Shown piece by piece: positions 1 to 13,261 of a stretch of 42,871 bases of DNA. The DNA is from Conidiobolus incongruus B7586 (lineage: Eukaryota). The translations under genes and the position numbers were made by a program. The notes below the pieces were generated by a model that was given only the letters and a program-made list of their open reading frames with translations, did not search any database and had not been told where the DNA came from. Each line of letters opens with the position of its first letter. The first letter of the stretch is position 1. Where the stretch lies: positions 1 to 42,871 of the forward strand of contig JNEM01010563.1 in the NCBI GenBank assembly GCA_000697335.1, given 5' to 3'.

Positions 1-943
1 TTACCAAAAGTATAGAAAAGAGTTATTAATAATAAAAAAGGCTATTAATTTTATATTATTCATTAATTTTTATATATTATTTATTAATTTATTTGTTTAA
101 TTATAATTTTAAAATTATACTATTATTTAATTTCTAAACTAATATTAAATATATATTATATATTTATTTTTATATTTTATATATTAAAATATTTATTTAT
201 TTTTAATTGCAAAAAATTCAAATTATTAAAAAAGTAATAATATAAATAAATTATATATTTTTATTAAAATTGATTTAATTAAGAATTGTTTAAGATATCA
301 GTAAATATATTAGTAATGTTAATTTTATAACTTACTTTTGTAGGCTAGTGTATGCTAACTAAGTTATTATGTTGGTTATTTTCTTAAGGTACAGCTTAAT
401 AATCTAAGTTAAACAATAAATTACCCCTTTTATATCACCAAACAGGTGTTGTCCTAGAAGACAACTATTTACCTAAAATTTATTAGACACTTAACTTCCC
501 AGCCACTGTCAATATATTTAAATAGACAATATTATTAAGTAATAATAATAAATATAAATTATTTAGAATTCAATTATCATTGCATTATATTATATGTGAA
601 TATCATGATTACATTATTGTAATTGTGAAAAAACAATTAGTATTACTTATTTTTAGCAAGTTTAAATTATTTATTAATTTTGTGATAAAATTATATTAGA
701 TATTTGAGATAATATTTGAGATAATGTTCATAAGTTTAATCATCAAAATGCTTTTTTACTATTGATCAAAATAGATGAATTATAAAATTGACTAATATGG
801 ATAGGGGAATAAAAATAGAGAACAATGTTAAACAGATTGATATATTAACTTAAAAATAAATAATAAATTTTATTTTAAAGCTGATTTGTTTATTATTCAA
901 ATACTAAATTATTATAATCAAAGAAATACAAAAATTTGTAAGG

Positions 944-3605
944 TTAAATATTATTTAACATTGATAATTTAAATTTCAAGTCTTTTAAGCCTTTGGTAGT
1001 AGGATTCCAGTCTTTAAATTGTTTCATTATTTCGTCTAATTCTTGTTTTAAATATGGGACGGCTTTGATTCTTTCATCTTCAAGTAACCCTCGAATGATC
1101 CATGGGAGGTAGTAGGGATTGAATGGTTCGTTGGCTGATATCTTGCTGAATGTGAACTGAGCTGGAGAATCATTACTGGATGATGGTCCTTCAAATAGCC
1201 ATTGGACTGCCATTGAATATACTTTGAGTTCTTGGTAAATTGTAGAGTGTCCAGGGGTTCCTGAGTACAGAGATCCCCCAACCGAGTCTGATAAATGAAC
1301 TAGAAGCCCATGATCCGATATACCATGATTTCTTAATAGTAATGAATAAACAATCAAATTGGTCAAAAAATTTGGTTGATAATCGGTATGATCAATATAA
1401 ATGGCTCTCAGAATAGAGGGATGATCAAATCCATGCATTGTTCCAGAATACAGAGGAACCACCTGATCCATCAATGACCCAACTGCTGTTACTTTAACAC
1501 CATTTTCTAGTAAAATTCGCATAGCTTTAGCATATTTTTTGACTAGATAAGATTCTGGATCTACAAAATTAAACAGCTCTCTAGCAGCCTCAGTTTCAAA
1601 ATATTTAACAATGACATTCTCCTTAAGAAATGGGAAGGGCCCATGGGAAATACCAGACATAGCCAGTAAGCATGTTGATTGCCGTTTGGTATCTAACAAT
1701 CCATCTCTTATCAATCTTGATACTATCATCGTACCAACTGGTGTGCCTTGGGAGTGGACTGCAACCAACACCATATTAGCATTTTTCAATGCCTGAACCC
1801 ATTGGGTATTTCCTATTAAATCACTGTACAATTTGTTTAATCGAAATTCAACTTTTCCAGCCCCACTCAATGGAATTTGAGTAACTTGGTCATCGTCCAA
1901 CTCTTTACCAAAATGGTTATATAAATACTGTCTAAGAGCAGTTTCCATACGCTCACAAAACCTTTCTGAAGTCCCTGTAGGCTCACCAATGATATTGCTA
2001 TAGATTTTATGAGGAAACCAGCCATGAACACCTATAATTACGATATTCTGCAATTCTAAAGGATTGATCGATGTAGTTGTAGAAGGCTTTTCTGATGGAT
2101 TATAGCCTACTCCAGTATAGTATGAAAATAAGTTATAGGCCGATTGAACAATTGAAGGTTGAGAATTTGTAGCATTGGACGGATTTTTATCAATTAAATG
2201 TAGAGTAGGGAGCACCAAATTGGGTGAAATAGCTGGCTCAATAATCCTCTTTTTCTTTTGATCGGATGGAGGTAGATTAGGATCTTCTAACTGTCCTTTG
2301 TTGTTAACGTTAGCTTCTTTGACTTGTCCATCTTCAATCACTTTGGGATTGTCACCTGTGATATTGGGAGTTTGTAAATTTTCTAGACTTTTAGAAGTGG
2401 CCAGGAGATTAGTGCTATCATTCATTTGGTTGTCATTAGGATCCACTTTGCTCAGGGATGGTGAAGTTTTATTTAATCCACTTTGGTCTAAGTATGTAGG
2501 GGAGCGGAATGGATTCCACCAGGAATAAGTTGATTGAGGACGATCTTTATTTGAAATAGTTTGGTTTGCTTCATTGATATTGCTTAACTGGTCCATTGCT
2601 GATGGAGAATTATTAGCCTCACATTGTAATTCAGAACTAGTCGGAGGAACCAATGTGTCTGAACTTTCGATATTAATTGGTTTTTCTAGTTTATCGTTAA
2701 TCTCATCTGTACTTTTTCGTTTAGCCAAATCCTGGGACAGCTGTGAGATTGGCGATTCAGATCTTGTCTGAGGTGCCGAACTTGAGGTTCCACCGCCAAA
2801 TATCCACCAAGAGGATCTCTTTGCATTATCAATTGAAATATTCGATTTATTCAAAGGATTAGATTCATCTTCTGGTGAATTATGAAATTGATCAGGACTT
2901 GCATTTTGAGTAGGAGAATCATCTAATTTGAAGAAATTTAATGAATTAGAAAGATAGTATGAGGCTATTAACAATAACCATACCATGGATATGTGCATTA
3001 GTATTATTTGGCAAAGAGCATGAAAACAATTCTGATTTGGAAGATGTTGTATCATATAGACTATGACTCATAAGCTGTGCTTCATTCTTAGCAAATGTCT
3101 GAGATATTTTTTTAGCTATTTGAACTGAGCGCATTGAGCTGGCTGACGAGGATATATGTGCTTCGCCTTGGGAAATTTGTGCTGGGTCAAAGGTTGTCTC
3201 TGCGGATACAGGTTTATCCCAAGATCCTAATTTTTTAGTTGGGTCAGAAAGAGACATATCTGAGAAATTTATCATAGATAAGCGTTTTTTGATAATTTCT
3301 ACTTCTAAATTTTTTACGCGTGATTTAGGTCGAGAATGTAAATGACCAGGATTTTGCAGTGAAGAAGATAAAGAGCTAGAATCAATATTAGAAGATTCTT
3401 TAGAAGTTGATACCATAGAATTAGTTCTTGATCTTGAACCAAAAAACCACCAAGAACTCCTTGGAGAGGGAGCAGATTTAATGTTTTCGTCATTTACCTG
3501 GTCATTCTGTGCAGGGTTGGTTTGAGTTTCTATATTATTGACCAAAGAAGTATAACTGTCATCATGTTGATTTATATTAGTAATATATTTGTTAGATTGA
3601 TCCAT
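944..3605 (-). CDS. YML020W-like uncharacterised fungal protein: long disordered N-terminus plus C-terminal alpha/beta-hydrolase-like domain (2 exons, ~866 aa)
   Basis: The overlapping ORFs 2946-3605 and 944-3055 join in frame if a 61-nt intron 2923-2983 (GTATGG...TAG, phase 1) is removed. The C-terminal part has IGVHGWFP, EPTGTS, HSQG, GISHGPF and DQVVPLYS motifs that I recognise from yeast YML020W-family proteins. Confidence 0.8.
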
Positions 3606-4281
3606 TCATTAAAATAAAAAATGTAAGTTGATAATTTAATTTCTAATTTTAAAACTATGATAGATTAATAAATGCAAGTCCCAATCTGAAATCAATACAA
3701 TTAAACAAGGTTTTATGGGTTGAATCGTATTCTTTAAACTCGAATTAATTTTAATCAACTGAATTTTGCCAAAATCTAAGAAATAGGAAATTTAGTTTTT
3801 TGCCACGAATTCAAGTTAAATATTTTGTACTTTACGTCATTTTGCAATAATTTTCATATGAAATTAAACAAACCTTTGCCAATTAATTTTTTAAACATAC
3901 GAGTGGATTTTTATGATTGGTAGAATGAGAGTTTGATATTTTCATTCATTTTGTACTAAGTAGATGGTTAACAAATATTGATTAAAAGTATATAATAAAA
4001 AATACAATATATATACTAATAAAATATTTCTGATTCAAACTTATATAAACAATTCCATTATATCAAAGATAGGTCACGTTATCAGACATTTAATTTGATT
4101 ACACTCAGGTTATTAACTTTATCACAAAAATTAAAATTTACAACAATTCAAACATTAATTGATTTAATTGTTTTCACTAATATTTTATTGTAATAATATT
4201 TAATATTTCATTTTGTTCGCATTATTTAATCAATTTATATTAAATTTATCAATCCTTTAATTACAAATTCCAAGTAATCAG

Positions 4282-4289
4282 TCCCATAA
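4282..4289 (+). promoter_or_regulatory. WCCCAYAA upstream motif (example copy, upstream of the OCA-family gene)
   Basis: TCCCATAA ~145 bp upstream of the ATG. The same motif recurs in sense orientation upstream of most genes in the window (see findings). Confidence 0.5.
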
Positions 4290-4433
4290 TAATATAATAA
4301 GAAGTTATGAAATATGATTTATATAAATTGAGATCACAACGAAATTACAATAAATAGACCAGTATAAATAAGTGAACTATTAAATACCATATTATTCAAA
4401 CTAATAATTAATCAATCAAACCAATATAACAAA

Positions 4434-5256
4434 ATGAATAATGCAAATCCCAAAAACAGTCAAAGGATGAAATTAATCACTATTCCAGAGAGTTTTGGTC
4501 AAGTTGAAAATGGTATTTATCGCAGTGAAATGATAAAGGTGCACCACTTTCCATTTATTAAAACTTTGAACCTTAATTCAGTACTCATTTTGTCGCCTGA
4601 GCCTCCTTCAAAGACTGTTTCCAATTTTTTCAATAATCAGAATATTCACGTTGTAAGTTGATCTTCGTACGCCTTAAGTTAGATCTTTATATTCACTATT
4701 ATTTAAAGCACCATTTAGGTCAACAATCTTGGTTTTCGTCTAATACATCCACCAGTTGGAGGCCTATAAGTGAAGAAATTATTAAAGAGGGGCTGGAATA
4801 TGTATTAAATGTATCTTTTCATCCTATTTTAATTATGTGCACGTAATTATTTTAAATAGCTTAAAAATATGATCGTATTTAATATCAAATTATATATAGA
4901 CTTGGTATTCATGAAACTGGCGCATTGATTGGATGTTTAAGAAAATTACAAAATTGGAATTTTAATTCAATTGTTATGGAGGTAAATTAATAATATTCAA
5001 AATCAAAAATTTAATGATTGATATTAACATTGATGATGTTATTATTTTAGTATCGAAGCTACGCAGGAAACAAATCAAGGAGAGTAACTGAACAGTTCAT
5101 TGAATTATTCGACTTGGATTTAATAGCATTGCCTCAGAATTTACCTGAGTGGTATTTATACCATCTTAAATTATTGGTAAAAATAAAGCTAAACAATTAT
5201 CAACTGAGTTCTAATATTTATTTCTAATGATTTAGGCTGAGGAATCTGAACATTAA
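4434..5256 (+). CDS. Siw14/OCA-family (Y_phosphatase2) tyrosine-phosphatase-like protein, probably OCA4-like pseudophosphatase (5 exons, ~193 aa)
   Basis: Exons 4434-4652, 4709-4842, 4900-4981, 5051-5176 and 5236-5256 splice in frame with GT-AG introns. Motifs: PESFGQVENGIYRS, HPILIMCTLGIHETGALIGCLRKLQNW, EYRSYAG, EQFIELFD. Confidence 0.8.
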
Positions 5257-5298
5257 TTAATTCACCAGTATTTTCAACTTGTTTTTAATATAATGACT

Positions 5299-6529
<1,231 letters not shown>

Positions 6530-6651
6530 ATTTAATATTATAAAATTATGATATTAAATAAATTAAATTTAACCTGATGATTGAATTTAAACAAATTAAA
6601 AAAGTTAAAAGTATATGGGATAAGGAAATAATAAATGTAACCCAAAAATCA

Positions 6652-6723
6652 GGGCTCGACTGGGAATCGAACCCAGGACCTCTCCCACCCTAAGGGAGAA
6701 TTATACCACTAAACCATCGAGCC
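6652..6723 (-). tRNA. tRNA-Pro(AGG)
   Basis: Reverse complement GGCTCGATGGTTTAGTGGTATAATTCTCCCTTAGGGTGGGAGAGGTCCTGGGTTCGATTCCCAGTCGAGCCC folds as a complete cloverleaf. Anticodon arm CTCCC-TTAGGGT-GGGAG; a T5 run follows just downstream. Confidence 0.95.
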
Positions 6724-7249
6724 TTAGCTTGTTAGTAATTAATATTTAATTATAAGTTATTGTAAAGATATTTTTGATTTCATTATAATATACTTTCATT
6801 TTTTTTATCCTCTTTCTTTTTATTTTCTATTCTTCTATTCTTACTAAATATATTTTTTATCTTTTATTTTAATCCTTACATAACTTTATAATATTTTTTC
6901 TTCATCAATATCTTTCTATGATTTTACATCTCAACATGATTATTTATCAAACTTTCAAAATCAATATATAATATTTATAATCTAATTCGAATAATATTAA
7001 CTCATTACATTTATTAGTTATAGTGTGCCAATTAATCAGAGCAAATTAAAATTTAGCCTTGATTTAAGAACATCATTTTCACAATCTTGCAATATTCAAA
7101 TTAATTAATAATAAATTATAATTTTTGTATTTTATCAATTTTTTTATATTATTAAATATCTTGAATTACAAAATAAATAACATTATTCAAAGATAAAACC
7201 TACATAATCACTATTATCAATGATTTAATTAATTTTTATTTTCAAAAAT

Positions 7250-8641
7250 TTAAATGCGTTTGGTATACTTAGCCCAAAGGAAAGCACCTGTACCGACAAC
7301 AGCGGCTAGGGTAGTGTTTTGGAAGAATTTCAACCATCTGGTTTGGTTGTTCCATCTTTCGATCACTTCGGAATAGGGTATCGATGTAAAGCTAACCATT
7401 GTATAGAGTGGAATAACAGTACTGGGCATGATCTTGTGAAGGAAAGTTTCAACCTTCTTTCTGATGAGATAGCCATAATCGACTACGGAACTACTCATTT
7501 CAACGTAATTATGGAGTGCTAAATCACAGATAGCTACAACATCAGGATGACGCGTTTTGGTGTATTGCTCGAGAGCTTGACGCATTGCGGATGCATCTCT
7601 ACCATCGATATTGTATTGCTTGAAGATATCGAAGAGTTTGACAATATCTTCAAATCCACAGTTCATACCTTGACCGTAAAAAGGTACCATACAGTGGGCA
7701 GAATCTCCCAGTAAGACAGCTCTGTTTTCAAAGTGATAGGGCGTACATTTGAGGTACATGAGTGGACTTTTGGGATTATTGAAGAAATAATGAACGATTT
7801 CTTTTTCGCCTATTAAATCAATGGTGTCAGGCATATCGGTTCTGAAGAGGTCTAACACCTTTTCTTCAGTATCCAATTGTTCTAACTGATCCCAGGGCAT
7901 GAAGAGGGTACAGGTGAATGTGCAGTCTTGGTTAGGTAAAGCAATAAACATGTATTCCCTTCTGGGCCAGATATGGAGATGATTGGGATCCATTTTGTAT
8001 TCGGGTTCGCCCTTTTCGTTGATCTTAGGTTGAATGGTCATTTCGCAATAAGCATGCTTCATATAATTCTGAGCATAATCCATGCGAGTGCGTCTCATAA
8101 TTTGACGTCTTACTGTAGAATGAGCACCGTCAGCACCGACGATTAAATCAACTTCAACGTTGACTTCACTTCCGTCTTGGGTTCCAAATACACATTTACC
8201 CTCTTCCCAATTACAAGTTTTCAAAGTGTATCCAAAGTATAATTTGGTATCTTTCAACTTCTCCAACTCGTCCAACAAAATAATATTGAGTAATTCTCTA
8301 TCGACAGAGTTAATATGCTGGTGCTTGGTACCGTAAGCCTGACTGGTCTGCCTTCCCTTGAGGTCATGAATCATTCTTCCTTTCATGGGGACAGCTCTGT
8401 CCAAAATAACCTTATCTAAATTCAAGTTAGTACCCTTGAGTGCTTCAATGCCTCTGTGAGAAAGTGCCAAATTAATCGATCTCTTCTGAGTTTTACTACT
8501 CACTTCAGGATTTCTAATATCTAAATTTCTTTCATAAAGACTTACTTCCCAACCGGCTTGAGCGAAGTAAACGCCAGCTAAACTACCTACTAAGCCACCG
8601 CCTACAATCGCTACTTTGGGCTTTAATTGATCAGAGCTCAT
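7250..8641 (-). CDS. BNA4: Kynurenine 3-monooxygenase (FAD-dependent), intronless
   Basis: 463-aa ORF with GGGLVG FAD motif, RSINLALSHRG, GADGAHS, LHIWPR, GDSAHCMVPFYGQGMNCGFED and a C-terminal hydrophobic anchor. Confidence 0.97.
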   Translation of the reverse strand: MSSDQLKPKVAIVGGGLVGSLAGVYFAQAGWEVSLYERNLDIRNPEVSSKTQKRSINLALSHRGIEALKGTNLNLDKVILDRAVPMKGRMIHDLKGRQTSQAYGTKHQHINSVDRELLNIILLDELEKLKDTKLYFGYTLKTCNWEEGKCVFGTQDGSEVNVEVDLIVGADGAHSTVRRQIMRRTRMDYAQNYMKHAYCEMTIQPKINEKGEPEYKMDPNHLHIWPRREYMFIALPNQDCTFTCTLFMPWDQLEQLDTEEKVLDLFRTDMPDTIDLIGEKEIVHYFFNNPKSPLMYLKCTPYHFENRAVLLGDSAHCMVPFYGQGMNCGFEDIVKLFDIFKQYNIDGRDASAMRQALEQYTKTRHPDVVAICDLALHNYVEMSSSVVDYGYLIRKKVETFLHKIMPSTVIPLYTMVSFTSIPYSEVIERWNNQTRWLKFFQNTTLAAVVGTGAFLWAKYTKRI

Positions 8642-10317
8642 TTTTTATATGGTGTTAACTTTAGATGATTATTAATAAAAGCATCCCCCAAACACAAGTG
8701 ATATTACTTAGATTTATACCATAATAGAAAGTGGATTTTAAAAGTCATTTGATTTAATTTATTGAAATTAAATATTTAATAGTGTTAATTATTTAGCTTG
8801 CATTTATTGAATGAATTTGTATGTCATACTCAATTTGTTAATATTACTTTAACTATTGTATTATTTGTCTTAATATTACTATATTAAATTGGTGATGACT
8901 GTTATTTAACTATCTTTAAAATTTGCAATATTGTTCTTAAAAAATTTTACGAAATATTCAAATATTGGTTCATAATGGAGGGTAGAGTTTTGATTTTATC
9001 AAACTGATCCTTCTAGTATATTAAAAGAATATTCAATTGAAAATAAACTCCAAAAATTTTAAAAAAACTTCATATAAAAAATATTTTTATGTTTAGGTTT
9101 CTAGTATTTGATTTTAATTGATAAAGATATTGAGTAATTACTATAATTAAGATATGTTTAACTATTTTTTAATCGCTTCAATTGAATCATTTGGATAGTT
9201 ATTTAAGTTTATATTTGCTTGGACTTTGAATTAGAAGCCTAATCTTAAAACCCAAATATACATTCTATCACATCCATTGAAAATTGTTTAAAAGAACGGA
9301 GATTAATTGAATATCACTTGCGTGGTATTTAGTTCTTGCAATTTTACTGTTCAATCTTTACCCCTAAGGCTAATATAAGTTATTTGAATTTATTATGATA
9401 TTGAAATGTATCAAAAATCAAGTGAGTAAAATAAAATTAATCGAATATGGGAAAAACATTATTTTGATAGTTCAATCATTTTCTTATTAAATTGTGTATA
9501 TTATATATAATCAAAGGAAGATAAAATAGATATATTATTATATAGTATTTTAAATATAATAATAATAATATTTTCAAGTAAATAAGATATATTTATGGTT
9601 TCAATAAAATGTTTATTGATAAAATACAGATAAATAATATTAAACTGAAATAATAAATTTAATGTTTCAAAGGTAATAACTTGAAAGATATAGATATTTC
9701 AGTATCATAAGTTTATTTGAAAAATCCTAGTTACAATGAGTAAATAACTAATTTAAGTTAAAACTTTTGGGATAAAACTATTAATAATCATTCTGAAATG
9801 ATTTATTTAGTCAAATTTATAGATTTTCATTAATAAACTTTGAATTAATTTCAATAAATATTTGAAGTAAAACTTTTTGATAAGTTATTATCAGTATATT
9901 ATATTAAAAATTAATTGGATTCAAATAGAAATGTTTTGCAAATTTATTTCCAATTGTATTTATATGATTTGAATGTTATTGAAAATGATGTGATCTTAAA
10001 TTTTAATTCAGATGTTGAATATTGGTTTGATATCATACTGACTTAATACATATCATAATAATTATTGAAAGCTCATTATCATAATAGAGAGTTTGAAATC
10101 TAAATCACCTTCATCTATTACTTCGAATATTATTAAAATTTCGAAAAATTAATAATCAATTGATTTTTAACTAATCTTCACATTATTAAACCCATAAAAT
10201 ATAATTAAAAGCAATGTACTAATATTTCGTTATATTGTCCAATTTCCAAGTAACAAATCCCAAATTATAACAACCGTAAAATTTAACATATTATTAATGA
10301 ATAATCAATAGAAATTG

Positions 10318-11748
10318 ATGAAAGGAAACAAACACCAATTTCAGATTACCACATTTCATAAACCAACATACTGCGACTACTGCCAAAAATTTTTATGGGG
10401 ATTAATCTTTCAAGGATACAGCTGTCAAGATTGTAACTATATTTGTCACCCTCAATGTAGATTGAAAATATTGGATAGGGATGATGACTCTTGTCTATGT
10501 CCTGTCCAATCACTAGACCCTAAGCAGAGTCCCACAAGTCCCGCCATACTGCATAATGTTTTGGAATCGAAGCCAGCTGTAACTTCAACATCCGCGACGC
10601 AAGCTACCACTTCAAAATCGTTGGGAGTGACTTTCAACGACAGTCAAAGTGCCGCAGAACAGTTGAAACATTTCCAGCCAGAGCCCCCAAAATCCCCATC
10701 GCTGTCGCCTTTTCTAACCCAGCTATTTTCAACGGCTCAGCAGCATGAACAATATTTGAAAAAGTCAAGGGAGCAGCCCGCATTGAACTTGTTTACCACG
10801 ACACCCCAGAATTTGACCAAGTTTTTGAATAGGGCGACATTTATGCGACAGGTTCAGTCTACAATACTGACTATACTAACATGGGAGAATCCTAAACTGA
10901 CGTGGCTGGTGCTTGCAGGCTACTTGGGTTTTATTTTTTATTTCAAAATGGTAATAATTCTACTCCAATTGGTCCTTTTGCTAAAAGTGGTGCAATCTTA
11001 CGCGAAGTTTGAAGAATTTGCAAATGATAATAACATTACTCCGAAAGATCCACCCATGCTGTCGGTACAGGAATATGCTCAAAATTTTCAATTTATTCAG
11101 AATTTTATGGGTACATATATTGAGCTGTATGATACTTGTAATAATTGGGAATTCCATTTGGATAGGAATGACGCTTTAAAGAAGGGACTGATGTATGGCC
11201 TACCTTTTACTATGCTGTCTACTGCCTTCTTACTAGATAAAATTAATATTAAGTATCTATCGCTAGTTGTAGGCTGCGGCATTCTATTGTGTAATCATCC
11301 ATTGGTTATGGCATTTATGCTGCATTCTGCTCACTGGTTCAAATCCGATATTATCGAAAACACGAAGATTAGATTTAGGGGCAATACCGCCAATAAAGAG
11401 ACGCAGCGCTACTTCTATTATTTTGAGAATGAGCGCTGGTGGGTTGGATTGGGATGGCAGCCTAGGACCCTGACTCTAGAGCGACCTAACTGGACATTGC
11501 CCAACTTGGACCCCTTGGATGATCCCCTGACACCACCCAAAGGCTTCGAGTGGAAAGAGGGTCATTTGGCGACAATTGATTATCAATGGAGTCACCCCAT
11601 CACATTAAAGGATGAGGGCTGGGTCTATTCGGATCCTCAGTGGAATCATCCAAGTAATGTGCCCTACCTCAGTAGTTTTACACGACGAAGACTTTGGAAA
11701 CGAGCAATTGTACCAGCAGCTTCTACATCTACACTTTCCAGTACTTAA
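10318..11748 (+). CDS. Pex24/Pex30-family integral membrane peroxin (reticulon-like region plus DysF) with an N-terminal C1 zinc finger; intronless
   Basis: N-terminal C1 pattern HQFQITTFHKPTYCDYCQKFLWGLIFQGYSCQDCNYICHPQC. Middle region has LTWENP, hydrophobic hairpins and FIQNFMG. DysF motifs FENERWWVGLGW, EGWVYSD and FTRRRLWKR. First ATG is at 10318 (the track starts at the TTG at 10315). Confidence 0.8.
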   Translation: MKGNKHQFQITTFHKPTYCDYCQKFLWGLIFQGYSCQDCNYICHPQCRLKILDRDDDSCLCPVQSLDPKQSPTSPAILHNVLESKPAVTSTSATQATTSKSLGVTFNDSQSAAEQLKHFQPEPPKSPSLSPFLTQLFSTAQQHEQYLKKSREQPALNLFTTTPQNLTKFLNRATFMRQVQSTILTILTWENPKLTWLVLAGYLGFIFYFKMVIILLQLVLLLKVVQSYAKFEEFANDNNITPKDPPMLSVQEYAQNFQFIQNFMGTYIELYDTCNNWEFHLDRNDALKKGLMYGLPFTMLSTAFLLDKINIKYLSLVVGCGILLCNHPLVMAFMLHSAHWFKSDIIENTKIRFRGNTANKETQRYFYYFENERWWVGLGWQPRTLTLERPNWTLPNLDPLDDPLTPPKGFEWKEGHLATIDYQWSHPITLKDEGWVYSDPQWNHPSNVPYLSSFTRRRLWKRAIVPAASTSTLSST

Positions 11749-12002
11749 AAAACTTAGTACATTTACAATCGTGTTCAATAATTTGTATTCTAAAAAACTA
11801 TGTAAATTTGGCTTAGTTAATATTTAGTGATTTTTAATGTCACTAATTTTTTACAATTAACTTCAATCCACTAGTTATTATATTGTGTAATAAATGGGTT
11901 CTTAAAAATTACTTCAAATTATTTGTTTTATATTTAATAATATATATTTTTATATAGTAAATAATAATAGAATTGGAATATAGATTAAATTTATTATCGA
12001 AA

Positions 12003-12803
12003 TTAAGCACTCTTACTCTTCGTCTTGACCTTCTCTTCTACTAACTTGCGCTTCGTCTTGACAGGAGGAGTCAATTCGATAGGCTTATGAGTAACAGGAG
12101 CTTGACCCTGTCTGAATGGACCAACATATGGAATAGTATCCCATCTCAAAGAAATAGTAGCAGTGTTATTCCTAATACATAGATTAATAACAATAATATA
12201 TCCATATATATAATATAAAAAACTACTTAATATTGGGAGTAATATCAGTGAAAGCGTACTCAAAGCGCTTATTCTTAAACTTCAATCTAGCTTTCTCCTT
12301 CTTTTGAATAATATCGTCCCAAAGTACAATATAGTTTTTATCCTAAAACCCAATTAATAACATGGAAATTATCATAATATATATTAACATTTACATAATT
12401 TTCGTTCTGATATTCAGCAACCAAATAAACAAACAATTGTTTAGTGTTCCAATGGAATAAATGAGTTAGATCTATCCATTTATAAATATATAGGAATTAA
12501 TAAGTATAGTTGTTAATATTTACCAGCATTTAAATTGAAATTTCCTAAGACGAAATCTGCATTACCAGTATAATAATCTTGATAGTGGTGACCGTGACGA
12601 CCTGTAGATCTAGTTCAAAATTAATAAAAATAATATCATTGAAGATATTCAATTATGTACACTCTGATATCGTTCATAGTAATAGTTGCTTCGGCATCAT
12701 TGGTGAATAAATAGCTAGAAGCTGCCAACAATGCTAATAGGACACCGAGTGCGGTATTGAAGTAGCCAAATACTAGGGAGGCTCTAATTGTCAAATTGTG
12801 CAT
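12003..12803 (-). CDS. SPC3: Signal peptidase complex subunit 3 (SPC22/23), 5 exons
   Basis: Starts MHNLTIRASLVFGYF followed by a TM segment. Spliced exons give NADLTHLFHWNTKQLFVYLVAEY, IVLWDDII and LRWDTIPYVG, all typical of SPC3. Confidence 0.92.
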
Positions 12804-13261
12804 ATTATCTTGTATTTTAATATTATTATTATTATTATGTGAATAATATTGAATAAAATGAAAGAGAGTGAATTTATATTAATATCATGACGTTGGTTTT
12901 AATTGTTAGAAAGTTTGTGTCAAAATTTAATTGGATTAAATTAAAAATGAAAGGTTGATATAATTCAATCAATTGGTTTGAAGTATAGATATTTTAAACA
13001 TGGAAAATTATCAAAATAATTTATACATTAAAAATATGTTTGATATATTAAATATTTATTATTTTGGTTAATGTAAAAATAAATAATATTTAATAATTGT
13101 TAATAATTAGAAATTATATTCATTTGATAGATATAATGCATTTATTTCAATTATATTCAATTCAAATTTCTAATTTACCCATAATAATTTTCATACCAAT
13201 TGAACAATTTATAAATCTTAGTAATAATTGTAAATAATCCACTAAATAATGATATTTGGAT

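Noticed and set aside
1048..2771. Short alternative-frame and antisense ORFs inside the YML020W-like gene (and similar ones inside BNA4, the peroxin, CDC7, TMEM135 and the kinase)
   Set aside because: These are shadow ORFs of real coding sequence, often with non-ATG starts and no recognisable motifs.
2946..3055. Overlap of two same-strand ORFs suggesting programmed frameshifting or two genes
   Set aside because: Fully explained by a canonical 61-nt GT-AG intron (2923-2983) that joins them in frame.
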